From: an uncultured Bacteroidota bacterium | GTDB lineage: Bacteria > Bacteroidota > Bacteroidia > Flavobacteriales > BACL11 | Assembly: GCA_902533655.1 (NCBI GenBank) | Contig: CACAMX010000001.1 | Location: forward strand, 6,408 to 70,407 | Length of the DNA: 64,000 nucleotides | Reading direction: 5' to 3' | In this document: piece by piece, positions 47,914-57,600 of the stretch | Layout of the letters: the number at the start of each line of letters is the position of its first letter | How positions within the stretch are numbered: the first letter of the stretch is position 1 | Notes under the pieces: generated by a model | Database searches by the model: none | Told to the model about the DNA's origin: nothing | Seen by the model: only the letters and a program-made list of their open reading frames with translations | Program-made: the position numbers and the translations under genes

Positions 47914-48654
47914 ATGAGATTTGCAAAGTATCTTCTCTCATTTTTATGGAGAAGTTGGGTTTTTTTATTTTTTGTATTTACTCAAATATTTTTTTTACCA
48001 GCTCTTTTCATATTTACAAATATATTTCCAAACAAGAAAAGAATTTTTAAAGTCTCAAAATTATGGTCTAGATGTTTACTTTTTTTCTCAGGTATAATTG
48101 TCAGAAAAGAACTATCAAAAAAAATTGATGTTAGTAAAACATATGTAATTTGTTCAAATCATGTTTCCAGTTTAGACATAGCTTTAATTTACTCAACAGC
48201 TAATATCCCTCTAATTTTTATTGGCAAATCTGAAATTACTAAATTTCCAATTTTTGGGTATTTTTTTAAAAAAAATTCAATAAGCGTTGACAGACAAAAT
48301 TTAAGAGATTCTTATAATGCTTATATCAAAGCCAAACAAGAAGTGAAAAAGAAAATTAATGTTTGTGTTTTTACAGAGGGCGGTATTCCAAAGCCAGACA
48401 TTAGACTTAGAAGCTTTAAAAACGGAGCCTTTAAAATAGCATTAGAAAGTGGCGCTGACATACTCCCAGTTGTTATATATGATAATAAAAAAAGATTTCC
48501 TTGGTCTTATTTTAAAGGATCCCCCGGTATCTCAAGAATTAAATATCTTGATCCCATCAAAATTGGAAATTTTGAAAAAAAAGATTTAAAAAAATTAAAT
48601 AATTTTGTCTTTGATAAAATAAATCAAGAATTAAAAGTAAATGAAAATATCTGA
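47914..48654 (+). CDS. plsC: 1-acyl-sn-glycerol-3-phosphate acyltransferase
   Basis: 246 aa. NHVSSLD (HX4D) and FTEGG motifs. Confidence 0.85.
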   Translation: MRFAKYLLSFLWRSWVFLFFVFTQIFFLPALFIFTNIFPNKKRIFKVSKLWSRCLLFFSGIIVRKELSKKIDVSKTYVICSNHVSSLDIALIYSTANIPLIFIGKSEITKFPIFGYFFKKNSISVDRQNLRDSYNAYIKAKQEVKKKINVCVFTEGGIPKPDIRLRSFKNGAFKIALESGADILPVVIYDNKKRFPWSYFKGSPGISRIKYLDPIKIGNFEKKDLKKLNNFVFDKINQELKVNENI

Positions 48655-48934
48655 CAGACTAATTAATCAATTAAGTACTCTAGCAAAACTTGAATTTAAA
48701 GACGAAGGTTTTGATGAAATAAAAAATGATCTTGATAAAATGTTAAAATTTATTAATATTCTTGACAAGCTCGATGTTAGTAACATAGAACCACTTTCTC
48801 ATCTGAGTACTGAGCTTAATGTTTTAAGAGATGATATAATAATTAATTATGAGTGCAAACAATCTGCAATGATGAACTCCCCTGAAACAGACTCTGACTA
48901 CTTTAAAGTAAAAAAAGTTATAAATAAAGCTTAA
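48641..48934 (+). CDS. gatC: Asp-tRNA(Asn)/Glu-tRNA(Gln) amidotransferase subunit C
   Basis: 97 aa. The L..LAKLEF pattern, the NIEPLSH motif and the size are typical of GatC. Confidence 0.85.
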   Translation: MKISDRLINQLSTLAKLEFKDEGFDEIKNDLDKMLKFINILDKLDVSNIEPLSHLSTELNVLRDDIIINYECKQSAMMNSPETDSDYFKVKKVINKA

Positions 48935-48950
48935 GGTCTTAAGTTTTATT

Positions 48951-49847
48951 TTACTGTACCAAACTTACTATCTTTGAAGTAACATCGAGTTGTGATTTTT
49001 TTCCTAAAACTAATGGCTTGTTATTTTTTTGATGCCCAACAGGAAAATCAAAGCACATTGGAAAGTTAAATTCTTCAGTATGATATTTTATAATTTCCTT
49101 TGCATTCATTCCAAATTTAACCTTGTTATCATGTATTTTTGTCATACTACCGACTATAAGTGCATTTAAATTATCAAATTTCCCTGCTCTTTTTAGTGAA
49201 ATTATCATTCTGTCCAAATGATACAAATATTCATCAAGATCTTCAATTAAAAGAATTTTATTGTTGGTACAAATATCTGACTTAGATCCCAACAAACTAT
49301 ATAAAATAGAGAGATTACCTCCAACTAACTCAGATTTAACTAGTCCGGTTTTATTTAATGAATTTGATAAACATTGAATATAATTTTTTCCTTTAAATAA
49401 AATAGTATACAAACTTTTTAGATTCTTTTTTGAAACTGAGTCATAATTTATTGGCATAAAAGAATGTATTGAACAATATTTTAAAATATTCAAACTTGAA
49501 TGCAAAATTGTAATATCACTAAAACCAACTATCCATTTTGGGTATTTAGTAAAAGTATTAAAATCTAATTTGTCAATTATTCTAATAGTTCCATAACCTC
49601 CCCTCGCACAAAAAATAGCTTTAATTTCCTTAGAATCTAGTAACTCTTGCAATGAATCTTTTCTAATTATATCGTCACCTGAAAACTGGTGGTAAGATTT
49701 ATATATGTTTTTTGCCAATACAACTTTTAATCCCCAGCTTGTTAAGATATCAATACTTTTTTGAATATCCTTTTTGATCACTTTTCTTGCAGTGGAAATG
49801 ATTGAAACAGTATCTCCTTTTTTTAATAAAGAAGGCTCTTTGTTCAT
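48951..49847 (-). CDS. LD-carboxypeptidase (peptidase S66, muramoyltetrapeptide carboxypeptidase-like)
   Basis: 298 aa. Motifs ARGGYG, GFSDITILH (Ser nucleophile) and IEDLDEYLY. Confidence 0.85.
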   Translation of the reverse strand: MNKEPSLLKKGDTVSIISTARKVIKKDIQKSIDILTSWGLKVVLAKNIYKSYHQFSGDDIIRKDSLQELLDSKEIKAIFCARGGYGTIRIIDKLDFNTFTKYPKWIVGFSDITILHSSLNILKYCSIHSFMPINYDSVSKKNLKSLYTILFKGKNYIQCLSNSLNKTGLVKSELVGGNLSILYSLLGSKSDICTNNKILLIEDLDEYLYHLDRMIISLKRAGKFDNLNALIVGSMTKIHDNKVKFGMNAKEIIKYHTEEFNFPMCFDFPVGHQKNNKPLVLGKKSQLDVTSKIVSLVQ

Positions 49848-49904
49848 ATTATAAACTAAAACTAAAAGTTATATTTGCTAATATAATTTTTTCTGAACTA
49901 ATAA

Positions 49905-51608
49905 ATGAGAAAAAGGTTTACTGTTACATCTGCGCTACCATATGCAAATGGACCACTTCATATTGGACATTTAGCAGGAGCTTATTTGCCCGCTGATATT
50001 TTTGTGCGATATCAAAAAAATAAAGGAAATGATGTAGCTTTTATTTGTGGTTCGGACGAGCATGGAGCTGCGATAACTTTACAAGCAAAAAAAAACAAAA
50101 CTACTCCCAAAAAAATTATTGATAAATTTCACAATCTTAATAAAAAGACTTTTTCAAACTTCGGAATAGATTTTGATTTTTTTCATAGAACCTCTGAGAA
50201 TTCTCATCACAAGACTGCTCAAGATTTTTTTTTGAAACTTAATGAAAATAATGCTTTCAAAATCTTAACTAACAAACAGTATTTTGACAAACAAGAAAAT
50301 CAATTTTTAGCAGATAGATATATTGAGGGAACTTGTCCAAAATGTGGATATGAACATGCATATGGCGATCAATGTGAGAGTTGTGGGACCGCACTTAGTC
50401 CAAACGAACTTATAAATCCCAAATCAAAAATTAGTGGAAATAGTCCTGTGCTAAAAGACACAACACATTGGTTTTTAGATATGCAAAAGCATGAGAAGTG
50501 GTTAAAAAAATGGATCAATGAAGGTGTTATTAATAAAAAGAAAAAACATGACTCAAAAGACTGGAGATCACAAGTGATTAGTCAATGTAATTCATGGATT
50601 GATAATGGTTTAAATGAACGTGCAATGACTAGAGATCTTGATTGGGGAGTAAAATTACCAATAAAAAACAATGGTGGAAAAGTTCTTTATGTGTGGCTTG
50701 ATGCTCCTATAGGTTATATATCTTCAACCAAAGCATGGGCAAAAGAGAAGAATAAAAACTGGAAAGATTATTGGATGAATGATGAAACTGAGCTCATTCA
50801 TTTTATAGGAAAAGATAACATTGTTTTTCATTGCATAATTTTTCCTATTCTACTAAAAATTCATGGGAATTATATATTACCTAAAAATGTTCCTTCAAAC
50901 CAGTTTTTAAATTTAGAGGGTAGGAAAATTTCTACTTCTAAAAACTGGGCTATATGGTTACATGAGTTTCAAAAAGATTTTGAGGACAAACAAGATTCCC
51001 TAAGATATTATTTATGTGCTATAAGTCCCGAAAAAAAAGATTCTGACTTTACATGGAAGGATTTTCAAAATAGAAACAATAATGAACTTGTTGACATATA
51101 CGCAAATTTTATTAATCGAGTTATTGTTTTGACAAATAAATATTATGATGGAATTGTACCAAAAGCGAGTAATTTACAAAGTATTGATAACGATATATTA
51201 AAAGAGACTGAAAAATCAATTGAATTAGTCGGTTATCATATTGAAAAGTTTGAGTTTAAAAAAAGTTTAATGAGTTTTATAAACATTGCAAGAACTGGCA
51301 ACAAATACTTAACTGATACTGAACCTTGGAAGTTGATTAAAAAGGATGAAAAAAGAGTAAAAACAATAATGAATATTTCAATCAAAGTAGTTGCTGCATT
51401 GTCAATAATTTCAGAGCCTTTTTTACCTTTTAGTTCTTTACAACTAAGAAAAATAATGAACATAAAAAATAATTATTCTTGGGATTTTAATATATATAAA
51501 ATAATTAGTGAAGGGCATAAAATTGGTGCGCCAAAACACCTTTTTAATAGAATTAGTGATGAGGAAATTGATAAAGTTATAATGAAAATGGAAGATGAAG
51601 AAAATTAA
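49905..51608 (+). CDS. metG: Methionine--tRNA ligase (short form, no C-terminal tRNA-binding/dimerisation domain)
   Basis: 567 aa. PLHIGHLAG (HIGH), the zinc knuckle CPKCGYEHAYGDQCESCG and KISTSK (KMSKS-like). It ends right after the anticodon-binding domain. Confidence 0.95.
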   Translation: MRKRFTVTSALPYANGPLHIGHLAGAYLPADIFVRYQKNKGNDVAFICGSDEHGAAITLQAKKNKTTPKKIIDKFHNLNKKTFSNFGIDFDFFHRTSENSHHKTAQDFFLKLNENNAFKILTNKQYFDKQENQFLADRYIEGTCPKCGYEHAYGDQCESCGTALSPNELINPKSKISGNSPVLKDTTHWFLDMQKHEKWLKKWINEGVINKKKKHDSKDWRSQVISQCNSWIDNGLNERAMTRDLDWGVKLPIKNNGGKVLYVWLDAPIGYISSTKAWAKEKNKNWKDYWMNDETELIHFIGKDNIVFHCIIFPILLKIHGNYILPKNVPSNQFLNLEGRKISTSKNWAIWLHEFQKDFEDKQDSLRYYLCAISPEKKDSDFTWKDFQNRNNNELVDIYANFINRVIVLTNKYYDGIVPKASNLQSIDNDILKETEKSIELVGYHIEKFEFKKSLMSFINIARTGNKYLTDTEPWKLIKKDEKRVKTIMNISIKVVAALSIISEPFLPFSSLQLRKIMNIKNNYSWDFNIYKIISEGHKIGAPKHLFNRISDEEIDKVIMKMEDEEN

Positions 51609-52797
51609 AAATTTGTTAATTATATGCTTTCTGTTTTTTCTAAATAATGCAGCTAGTCAATGTAACGGTAGATATATAAATGAAATCTTCTCAAATGTTG
51701 CCGTATCTACAACTAATTACTCTAATGTTTTTTTTGATAGTGAACATGAGATAGATGTGTATACCCCTGTTGGAGACAGTGTGCAAAATAGACCACTTAT
51801 GCTTTATTTTCATGGAGGATCATTTACAGCCGGTGACAAATCAACAATTGACTGTGTTGATTTTTGTGAATATTTTTCAAAAAGAGGTTATGTTACTGCA
51901 TCAGTCAACTATAGACTATCTAACATATTAACTTTTTTCTTATCAACAACTGCTCAGATAGATGCAGTACTAAAATCTTTAGCTGATGCCAGATCAGCAA
52001 TAAGATTTTTCAAAAAAAGTTATATTAATGGTAATCCATATGGCATAGATACGAATGCAATTTTTGTTGGAGGTTACTCTGCTGGAGGGGTTATTGCTAT
52101 TCACCATGCCTTCATAGACAATGAGCAAGAATTACCTCAAAATATATTATCAAGACTATCTTCAATTGGAGGTACGCTAGAAGGAGATGCTGGTAATTTT
52201 GGGTTCTCGTCTAAGATCAATGGTATAATTAACTTTGCAGGTGGCATACATAATTTAAGTTGGATAAATTCTGGTGAAGAACCAATTGTTAGTGTTCATG
52301 GAGATTTAGACCTTGTTGTTAATTACAACTGTAGTCCAGCTTTAAATAATTCTGCATTATTAAACTTATGTGGTTCAAATGAAATTCATATTAAGGCAAA
52401 TAATCAAGGGCTAAACAATCAATTGCTTGAACTTAATTTCACTAATCACGAATGGGCACAGTTTGGTACTGTAAATCCTAAATTCGTTCAAGGCCTTGAG
52501 TTTTCAAGAGATTTCATTTTCAATCTTCTTCCCTGCAACCAATCACTTAGCACAAATAATAATTCTAATGATTTATTCGTTGTAAATTATGATAAAAATA
52601 TGCAAGAACTTAAATTAAATATTGGGAGTTCTTTTAACAATGAGTCAGCTTTAATATATGATATAAGAGGAAATTATATTCAGAAGATAACTATGTCTGA
52701 AAACTTAAAGTCAAAAAGTATTAAGCTAAATGAGCTTGCTTCTGGAATGTACATAATATCAATAGGTAGCAAATCTGCTAAGTTTATAAAGTATTGA
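51595..52797 (+). CDS. Secreted alpha/beta-hydrolase (esterase/lipase-like) with a T9SS type-A C-terminal sorting domain
   Basis: 400 aa. Signal peptide, HGGSFTAGD oxyanion region and the GGYSAGG nucleophile elbow. The last ~75 aa (LIYDIRGNYI...LASGMYIISIG...KFIKY) fit the Por secretion-tail pattern. Confidence 0.8.
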   Translation: MKKIKNLLIICFLFFLNNAASQCNGRYINEIFSNVAVSTTNYSNVFFDSEHEIDVYTPVGDSVQNRPLMLYFHGGSFTAGDKSTIDCVDFCEYFSKRGYVTASVNYRLSNILTFFLSTTAQIDAVLKSLADARSAIRFFKKSYINGNPYGIDTNAIFVGGYSAGGVIAIHHAFIDNEQELPQNILSRLSSIGGTLEGDAGNFGFSSKINGIINFAGGIHNLSWINSGEEPIVSVHGDLDLVVNYNCSPALNNSALLNLCGSNEIHIKANNQGLNNQLLELNFTNHEWAQFGTVNPKFVQGLEFSRDFIFNLLPCNQSLSTNNNSNDLFVVNYDKNMQELKLNIGSSFNNESALIYDIRGNYIQKITMSENLKSKSIKLNELASGMYIISIGSKSAKFIKY

Positions 52798-53516
52798 TTT
52801 TGAGAGGAGAAATTAAAAAAATTAGATTAAATAAATTTATTTCTAATTCTGGCATTTGTTCAAGAAGAGAGGCTGATAAATTTATTTCTTTGGGCTTAGT
52901 TAAAGTAAATAACAAAATAATAACATCAATGGGTTATAAAGTTGATATTAATGATATTGTAAAATTTAATGATTCCGTAATTAAAGCTGAAAAGCACAAA
53001 TACCTGGTACTAAATAAGCCAAAAAACTTTATTACTACAATGAAAGACCCTCAAAAAAGGAATACGGTTTTAGACTTAATTAGTAGTGCCTGTAAAGAAA
53101 GATTATTTCCTGTCGGAAGGCTTGACAGAAATACAACTGGAGTCTTGATGTTTACAAACGATGGTGATTTGTCAAAAAAACTTTGCCACCCTAGCAACAA
53201 AATAAGTAAAATTTACAGGCTTGAATTAAATAAAAATTTGAAGTCAAGTGATTTTGAGAAAATTAGTAAGAATCTTTTTTTAGAGGATGGTCCTGTTAAA
53301 GTCGACAAAATATCATTTCTAGAAACAAAAAAAAATATCGGAATTGAAATTCATATTGGAAAGAATAGAATTGTAAGAAGAATATTCGAGCATCTAGGCT
53401 ATAAAGTAACTAAATTAGATAGAACATCTTTTGCTGGCATAACAAAAAAAAATATTGTCAGGGGTAAGTATCGATTCTTGACTGAAAAAGAAGTGAATAT
53501 TCTCAAAAGACTATAA
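52794..53516 (+). CDS. Pseudouridine synthase (RsuA/RluB family) with an S4 domain
   Basis: 240 aa. Motifs IRLNKFISNSGICSRREAD (S4) and GRLDRNTTGVL (catalytic Asp). Non-ATG (TTG) start. Confidence 0.85.
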   Translation: MILRGEIKKIRLNKFISNSGICSRREADKFISLGLVKVNNKIITSMGYKVDINDIVKFNDSVIKAEKHKYLVLNKPKNFITTMKDPQKRNTVLDLISSACKERLFPVGRLDRNTTGVLMFTNDGDLSKKLCHPSNKISKIYRLELNKNLKSSDFEKISKNLFLEDGPVKVDKISFLETKKNIGIEIHIGKNRIVRRIFEHLGYKVTKLDRTSFAGITKKNIVRGKYRFLTEKEVNILKRL

Positions 53517-55994
53517 ATGGGATTAGTAAAAAAAACATTCTTGATAGTATCTACATTATTATTTCTTTTTGTAGCAGTAATATTTTTTTTTACTAAATAC
53601 AAATCCGATTTAATAAAAGAAAGTATAACTGATAGCATTAATGATGCTATCTCAGCAGACTTCTCTTTTGAATATATTGATTTATCTGCTTTTGAAAATT
53701 TAACAAATATTTCGATTTCAATAAAAAATATTTGTGTTATAGGAGATTCTAATTTTGAAAACGACACATTGTTTTTTGCAAAAGAATGTCAATTCTATTT
53801 ACCATTAATCAAGCTTTTGACTAAAAAAATTTATTTCTCAACTATTGAAATAAATGATGGTATTATTAACCTTTATAAGTCTGACCAACATACAAATTTT
53901 GACATATTTAAATTTTCTAAGTCTAAAAATGATGAACCTATAAAATTGTTCAACAGAATCAAGATCTATAATTCTGATTTCAAGTACTCTGAATTACATA
54001 AAAATAATAAATCTTTTTTTAACATCAAAAATCTTGATATAACAAGAAAAAGAAGCAACAACTTTCATTTAACTGGTAATTTATATTGTGATGATTTAAT
54101 TTTTATTGAAAATCACCTGGATAATAAGCAGCTCTATTTAAATGGAAATATTAACATTAAAAAAGATCAAATCAATTATAAATTTGATGAGCTAAAAATC
54201 GATGATTTAGAATCTGAATCGGTATCAGGAAATATAAATGATTGGAAATCATTTAATATAGAATTTGATTTTAAGAATCAGGAAATTATTAATGTTAGAA
54301 AAAATTGTCCCGTGTATCTTGATTACTTGTTTGAGGGCATGAGCTTGAACTCATCAATATCCTTTAGTGGAAACATAATAAAAAAAAATGATGAATTCTT
54401 AAAAAACCCAAGAGTTCAAATTAAATATCTTGTTGAAAATGGTAGCTTAAAATTTAATAAATCAAATTTACGTCTTCAAAATATAAGATTCAATGGAAAG
54501 GTTTCTAACGGTGAATATGCTAATTTAAATTCAACAAAATTCACTTTTGATAATTTCTTTGCTAAAACAAAATACAGCGAGCTTAGTGGAGATTTTAATA
54601 TAGAAAATCTAAAGGATTTTTATATAAATCTTAACATGAAAACAAAAATTGGAGGCAGTGATTTGGAAATGATACTTAAAAAAGATAATGTAGAAAGTAT
54701 TACTGGTAATTTACTCTTGGCTTGTAATTATTCTGGAAAATTTTCATTCAAAAATGGGTTTAAAAATAAATTTTTAACATCAAAATATAACTTCAAAGTA
54801 AATGCTGAAAACGTTTCATATAAATTAAATAATTTCAAAAACTCATTTAATATTGAGTTTTTAGACGCTAATTTAAACCATAAAAAACTTGATGTTTATA
54901 AGAGTTACATCACAAGTGGAGAATCAGACTTTGAATTCAAAGGGAAGATTTTGAATATGCCAGAGTTTATTTTGGGTAAGAAAACAAATTTTTTTCTTCA
55001 GGGATCAACCAAATCCACATATGTTAATTTAGACGATTTACTTAAAAAAAATAGAACTGGAGATTTAAACGAAGATGAATTTATCATACCAAAATGGGCT
55101 AATCTTCAAATAAACATGAAAAGTAAAAACTTTACATATAAAAATTTTGATGCTTTAAATTTAACAACAGACTTTTTGATAGAAAACCAAGTCTTGAATT
55201 TTAAAAACACAAAAGCTTCTGCTTTAAATGGTCAGTTTGAGGTAGACATGCAACTATACAAAACTATAGGCAATGAATTGAAACTATCCACAAATTTCAG
55301 CTTTAACTCAATAAATATTAGACAAGCATTTAATTCTTTTAACAACTTCAATCAAAGCTTCATAGAATCAAAACATATTAAAGGAATTGGTTCAGCAAAT
55401 ATTAATTTATCCGCAGTATGGGATAATAAAATGAAGTTCATAAAAGAAAGGTTAACGATGAATTCAAATTTAAGTATTGAAAAAGGAGAGTTAATTAATT
55501 TTAAACCATTAAGAAATTTATCTAATTTCGTAAATGTTGAGGACTTAAAAGATGTTAAGTTTTCCAAACTTGAAAATAAAATAGAAATTAAAGATAATCT
55601 GATAACAATACCTGAAATGCAAATTATATCATCAGCTCTGAGTTTAATTGTTTCAGGCACACACTCATTAGATAATGTTATCAATTATGATATAACTCTT
55701 CTCTTGTCAGAACTTATGTCCAATGAATTTAGAAAAAAAAATACTAAAATAAATAATGAAATTGGTGAGATTAAATCAAACAATGAAGGTCTCAGTGCAA
55801 TTTATCTTAAAATGATAGGAACTACAGAGGATACAAAAATTGAATTTGATAACATAAAATTTAGAGCAAAGATCAATAACAAAATTGAAAAAGAAAAAGA
55901 AAGTATTAAAGAGATTATAAAGAACATTAATGATACTTTAGATGAAAAAAAAGACATTGCTCCGGATATAGAATGGTACGATGACGATTTATAA
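53517..55994 (+). CDS. AsmA-like large envelope protein (hypothetical)
   Basis: 825 aa. A single N-terminal TM, then a long Asn/Lys-rich beta-type sequence. Size and architecture resemble AsmA-family proteins. The family call is tentative. Confidence 0.5.
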   Translation: MGLVKKTFLIVSTLLFLFVAVIFFFTKYKSDLIKESITDSINDAISADFSFEYIDLSAFENLTNISISIKNICVIGDSNFENDTLFFAKECQFYLPLIKLLTKKIYFSTIEINDGIINLYKSDQHTNFDIFKFSKSKNDEPIKLFNRIKIYNSDFKYSELHKNNKSFFNIKNLDITRKRSNNFHLTGNLYCDDLIFIENHLDNKQLYLNGNINIKKDQINYKFDELKIDDLESESVSGNINDWKSFNIEFDFKNQEIINVRKNCPVYLDYLFEGMSLNSSISFSGNIIKKNDEFLKNPRVQIKYLVENGSLKFNKSNLRLQNIRFNGKVSNGEYANLNSTKFTFDNFFAKTKYSELSGDFNIENLKDFYINLNMKTKIGGSDLEMILKKDNVESITGNLLLACNYSGKFSFKNGFKNKFLTSKYNFKVNAENVSYKLNNFKNSFNIEFLDANLNHKKLDVYKSYITSGESDFEFKGKILNMPEFILGKKTNFFLQGSTKSTYVNLDDLLKKNRTGDLNEDEFIIPKWANLQINMKSKNFTYKNFDALNLTTDFLIENQVLNFKNTKASALNGQFEVDMQLYKTIGNELKLSTNFSFNSINIRQAFNSFNNFNQSFIESKHIKGIGSANINLSAVWDNKMKFIKERLTMNSNLSIEKGELINFKPLRNLSNFVNVEDLKDVKFSKLENKIEIKDNLITIPEMQIISSALSLIVSGTHSLDNVINYDITLLLSELMSNEFRKKNTKINNEIGEIKSNNEGLSAIYLKMIGTTEDTKIEFDNIKFRAKINNKIEKEKESIKEIIKNINDTLDEKKDIAPDIEWYDDDL

Positions 55995-57177
55995 AAAAGA
56001 GCAAAAATGGAAAAAATGGCTGCTATTTTTTGCAATATTAATTGCTTCATTTTCAATTATTTTTACAAACAATCTAGTAAAAGAACTTAAAAATGAGGAA
56101 AGAAAAAAGATTGAACTTTGGGCACAAGCCACTAAAAATTTAGTTAACATATCTTCTGATGGTGACTTTTCGCTTGCAATTAATGTAATCACAGAAAATA
56201 AAAAAATACCTTTAATTTTGGTAGACGAATGTGATACTATATTAGAGTACAGAAACTTAATTAAATACAGTAAGTTAGATAGTTTATTAACTTTTAAACT
56301 CAAGATTTTTGAAGAGAAAAAAATCACAAAAAAGTTTTTAGCAAAAGAACTTTTGCTAATGAAAGAGGAAAATAGTACTCCAATTGAAGTAAATTTTATT
56401 GGAGATAAACAATTTATATACTATAAAGATTCTAACATTCTAAGTATGCTTCGTTACTACCCATTTTATCAGTTAGGATTTATATTAATTTTCTTTATTA
56501 TAGCATATATTATTTTTAGTGCATCTAAAAAATCTGAACAGAACAAAGTTTGGGCTGGTATGGCAAAAGAAACTGCTCATCAATTAGCAACACCATTATC
56601 ATCATTAATTGCCTGCAGCGAATTATTAAAGGAAAGTGAAATAGATCCAATTACACTAAATGAAATCAATAAAGATTTAACAAGGCTTGAAACAATCACT
56701 GATAGATTCTCAAAAATTGGTTCTGTACCTGTTCTAAAAAATTATCAGCTAAATGAACTATTAGGAAGTTTTTTAAAGTATTTAGAAAAAAGACTTCCCC
56801 ACAAAATAGAAATAATTAAAAATTTCCCTGAAGATCCAATATTTGTAAGTGCTAATAAAACATTGTTTGAATGGGCAATCGAGAACTTATGTAGAAATGC
56901 AACAGACGCAATGAAAGGTAACGGTAGAATTGTGTTTGAAATCAATAGTAATAATTATGAAGTTGATATTTTAATAAAAGATTACGGTCATGGTATTGCT
57001 AAAAATAAAGTCAATCAAGTGTTTTTGCCAGGTTATACTAGCAAAAAAAGTGGCTGGGGATTAGGGCTTTCTTTGACAAAGAGGATAATTGAAGAATATC
57101 ATAAGGGGAAAGTTTTTGTGTCAAGTTCTGAAGAAAATTATGGAACTACTTTCTGCATAAGACTTAATAAAGTATAG
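55981..57177 (+). CDS. Sensor histidine kinase (no adjacent response regulator)
   Basis: 398 aa with two TM segments. H-box ETAHQLATPLSSL, N-box ENLCRNATDAM, and G-boxes DYGHGI and GWGLGLS. Confidence 0.85.
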   Translation: MTIYKKEQKWKKWLLFFAILIASFSIIFTNNLVKELKNEERKKIELWAQATKNLVNISSDGDFSLAINVITENKKIPLILVDECDTILEYRNLIKYSKLDSLLTFKLKIFEEKKITKKFLAKELLLMKEENSTPIEVNFIGDKQFIYYKDSNILSMLRYYPFYQLGFILIFFIIAYIIFSASKKSEQNKVWAGMAKETAHQLATPLSSLIACSELLKESEIDPITLNEINKDLTRLETITDRFSKIGSVPVLKNYQLNELLGSFLKYLEKRLPHKIEIIKNFPEDPIFVSANKTLFEWAIENLCRNATDAMKGNGRIVFEINSNNYEVDILIKDYGHGIAKNKVNQVFLPGYTSKKSGWGLGLSLTKRIIEEYHKGKVFVSSSEENYGTTFCIRLNKV

Positions 57178-57564
57178 TTACTCAGCTTTTTTAATAAACT
57201 TTATACTTAAAGAGTTAACGCAGTGTCTAGTATTTTTCTTTGTAAATCTCTCACCTTCAAAAACATGACCTAAATGACCACCACAATTAGAGCAACAAAT
57301 CTCAGTTCTCACTCTACCTGCTGAATAGTCAGGATGTCTAGAAATTGCACCTTCTATTTCATCATCGAATGAGGGCCAACCACATCCTGAATCAAATTTG
57401 CTGGTTGATTTATAAAGAGGTGTTTCACAGGCCTTACAAACAAATATCCCTTTAAGGTAAAAGTTGTTATATTTTCCTGAGAAAGGTTTTTCAGTACCTT
57501 TGCTTACTATTATTTCATACTCTTCCTTTGTTAAAGTTGAGAAATAATTTTTATTTTGTTTCAT
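57178..57564 (-). CDS. msrB: Peptide-methionine (R)-S-oxide reductase
   Basis: 128 aa. Zinc CxxC pairs (CKAC, CSNC) and the catalytic RHCVNS. Confidence 0.9.
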   Translation of the reverse strand: MKQNKNYFSTLTKEEYEIIVSKGTEKPFSGKYNNFYLKGIFVCKACETPLYKSTSKFDSGCGWPSFDDEIEGAISRHPDYSAGRVRTEICCSNCGGHLGHVFEGERFTKKNTRHCVNSLSIKFIKKAE

Positions 57565-57600
57565 ATCACAAATTTAATGATGATTTTTTAATCTATATCA

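Noticed and set aside
47808-48050. 80-aa ORF bridging the trpS start and the plsC start.
   Set aside because: It overlaps the 5' ends of two well-supported genes in other frames or strands, and is Phe/Leu/Ile-rich with no motif. It is spurious.
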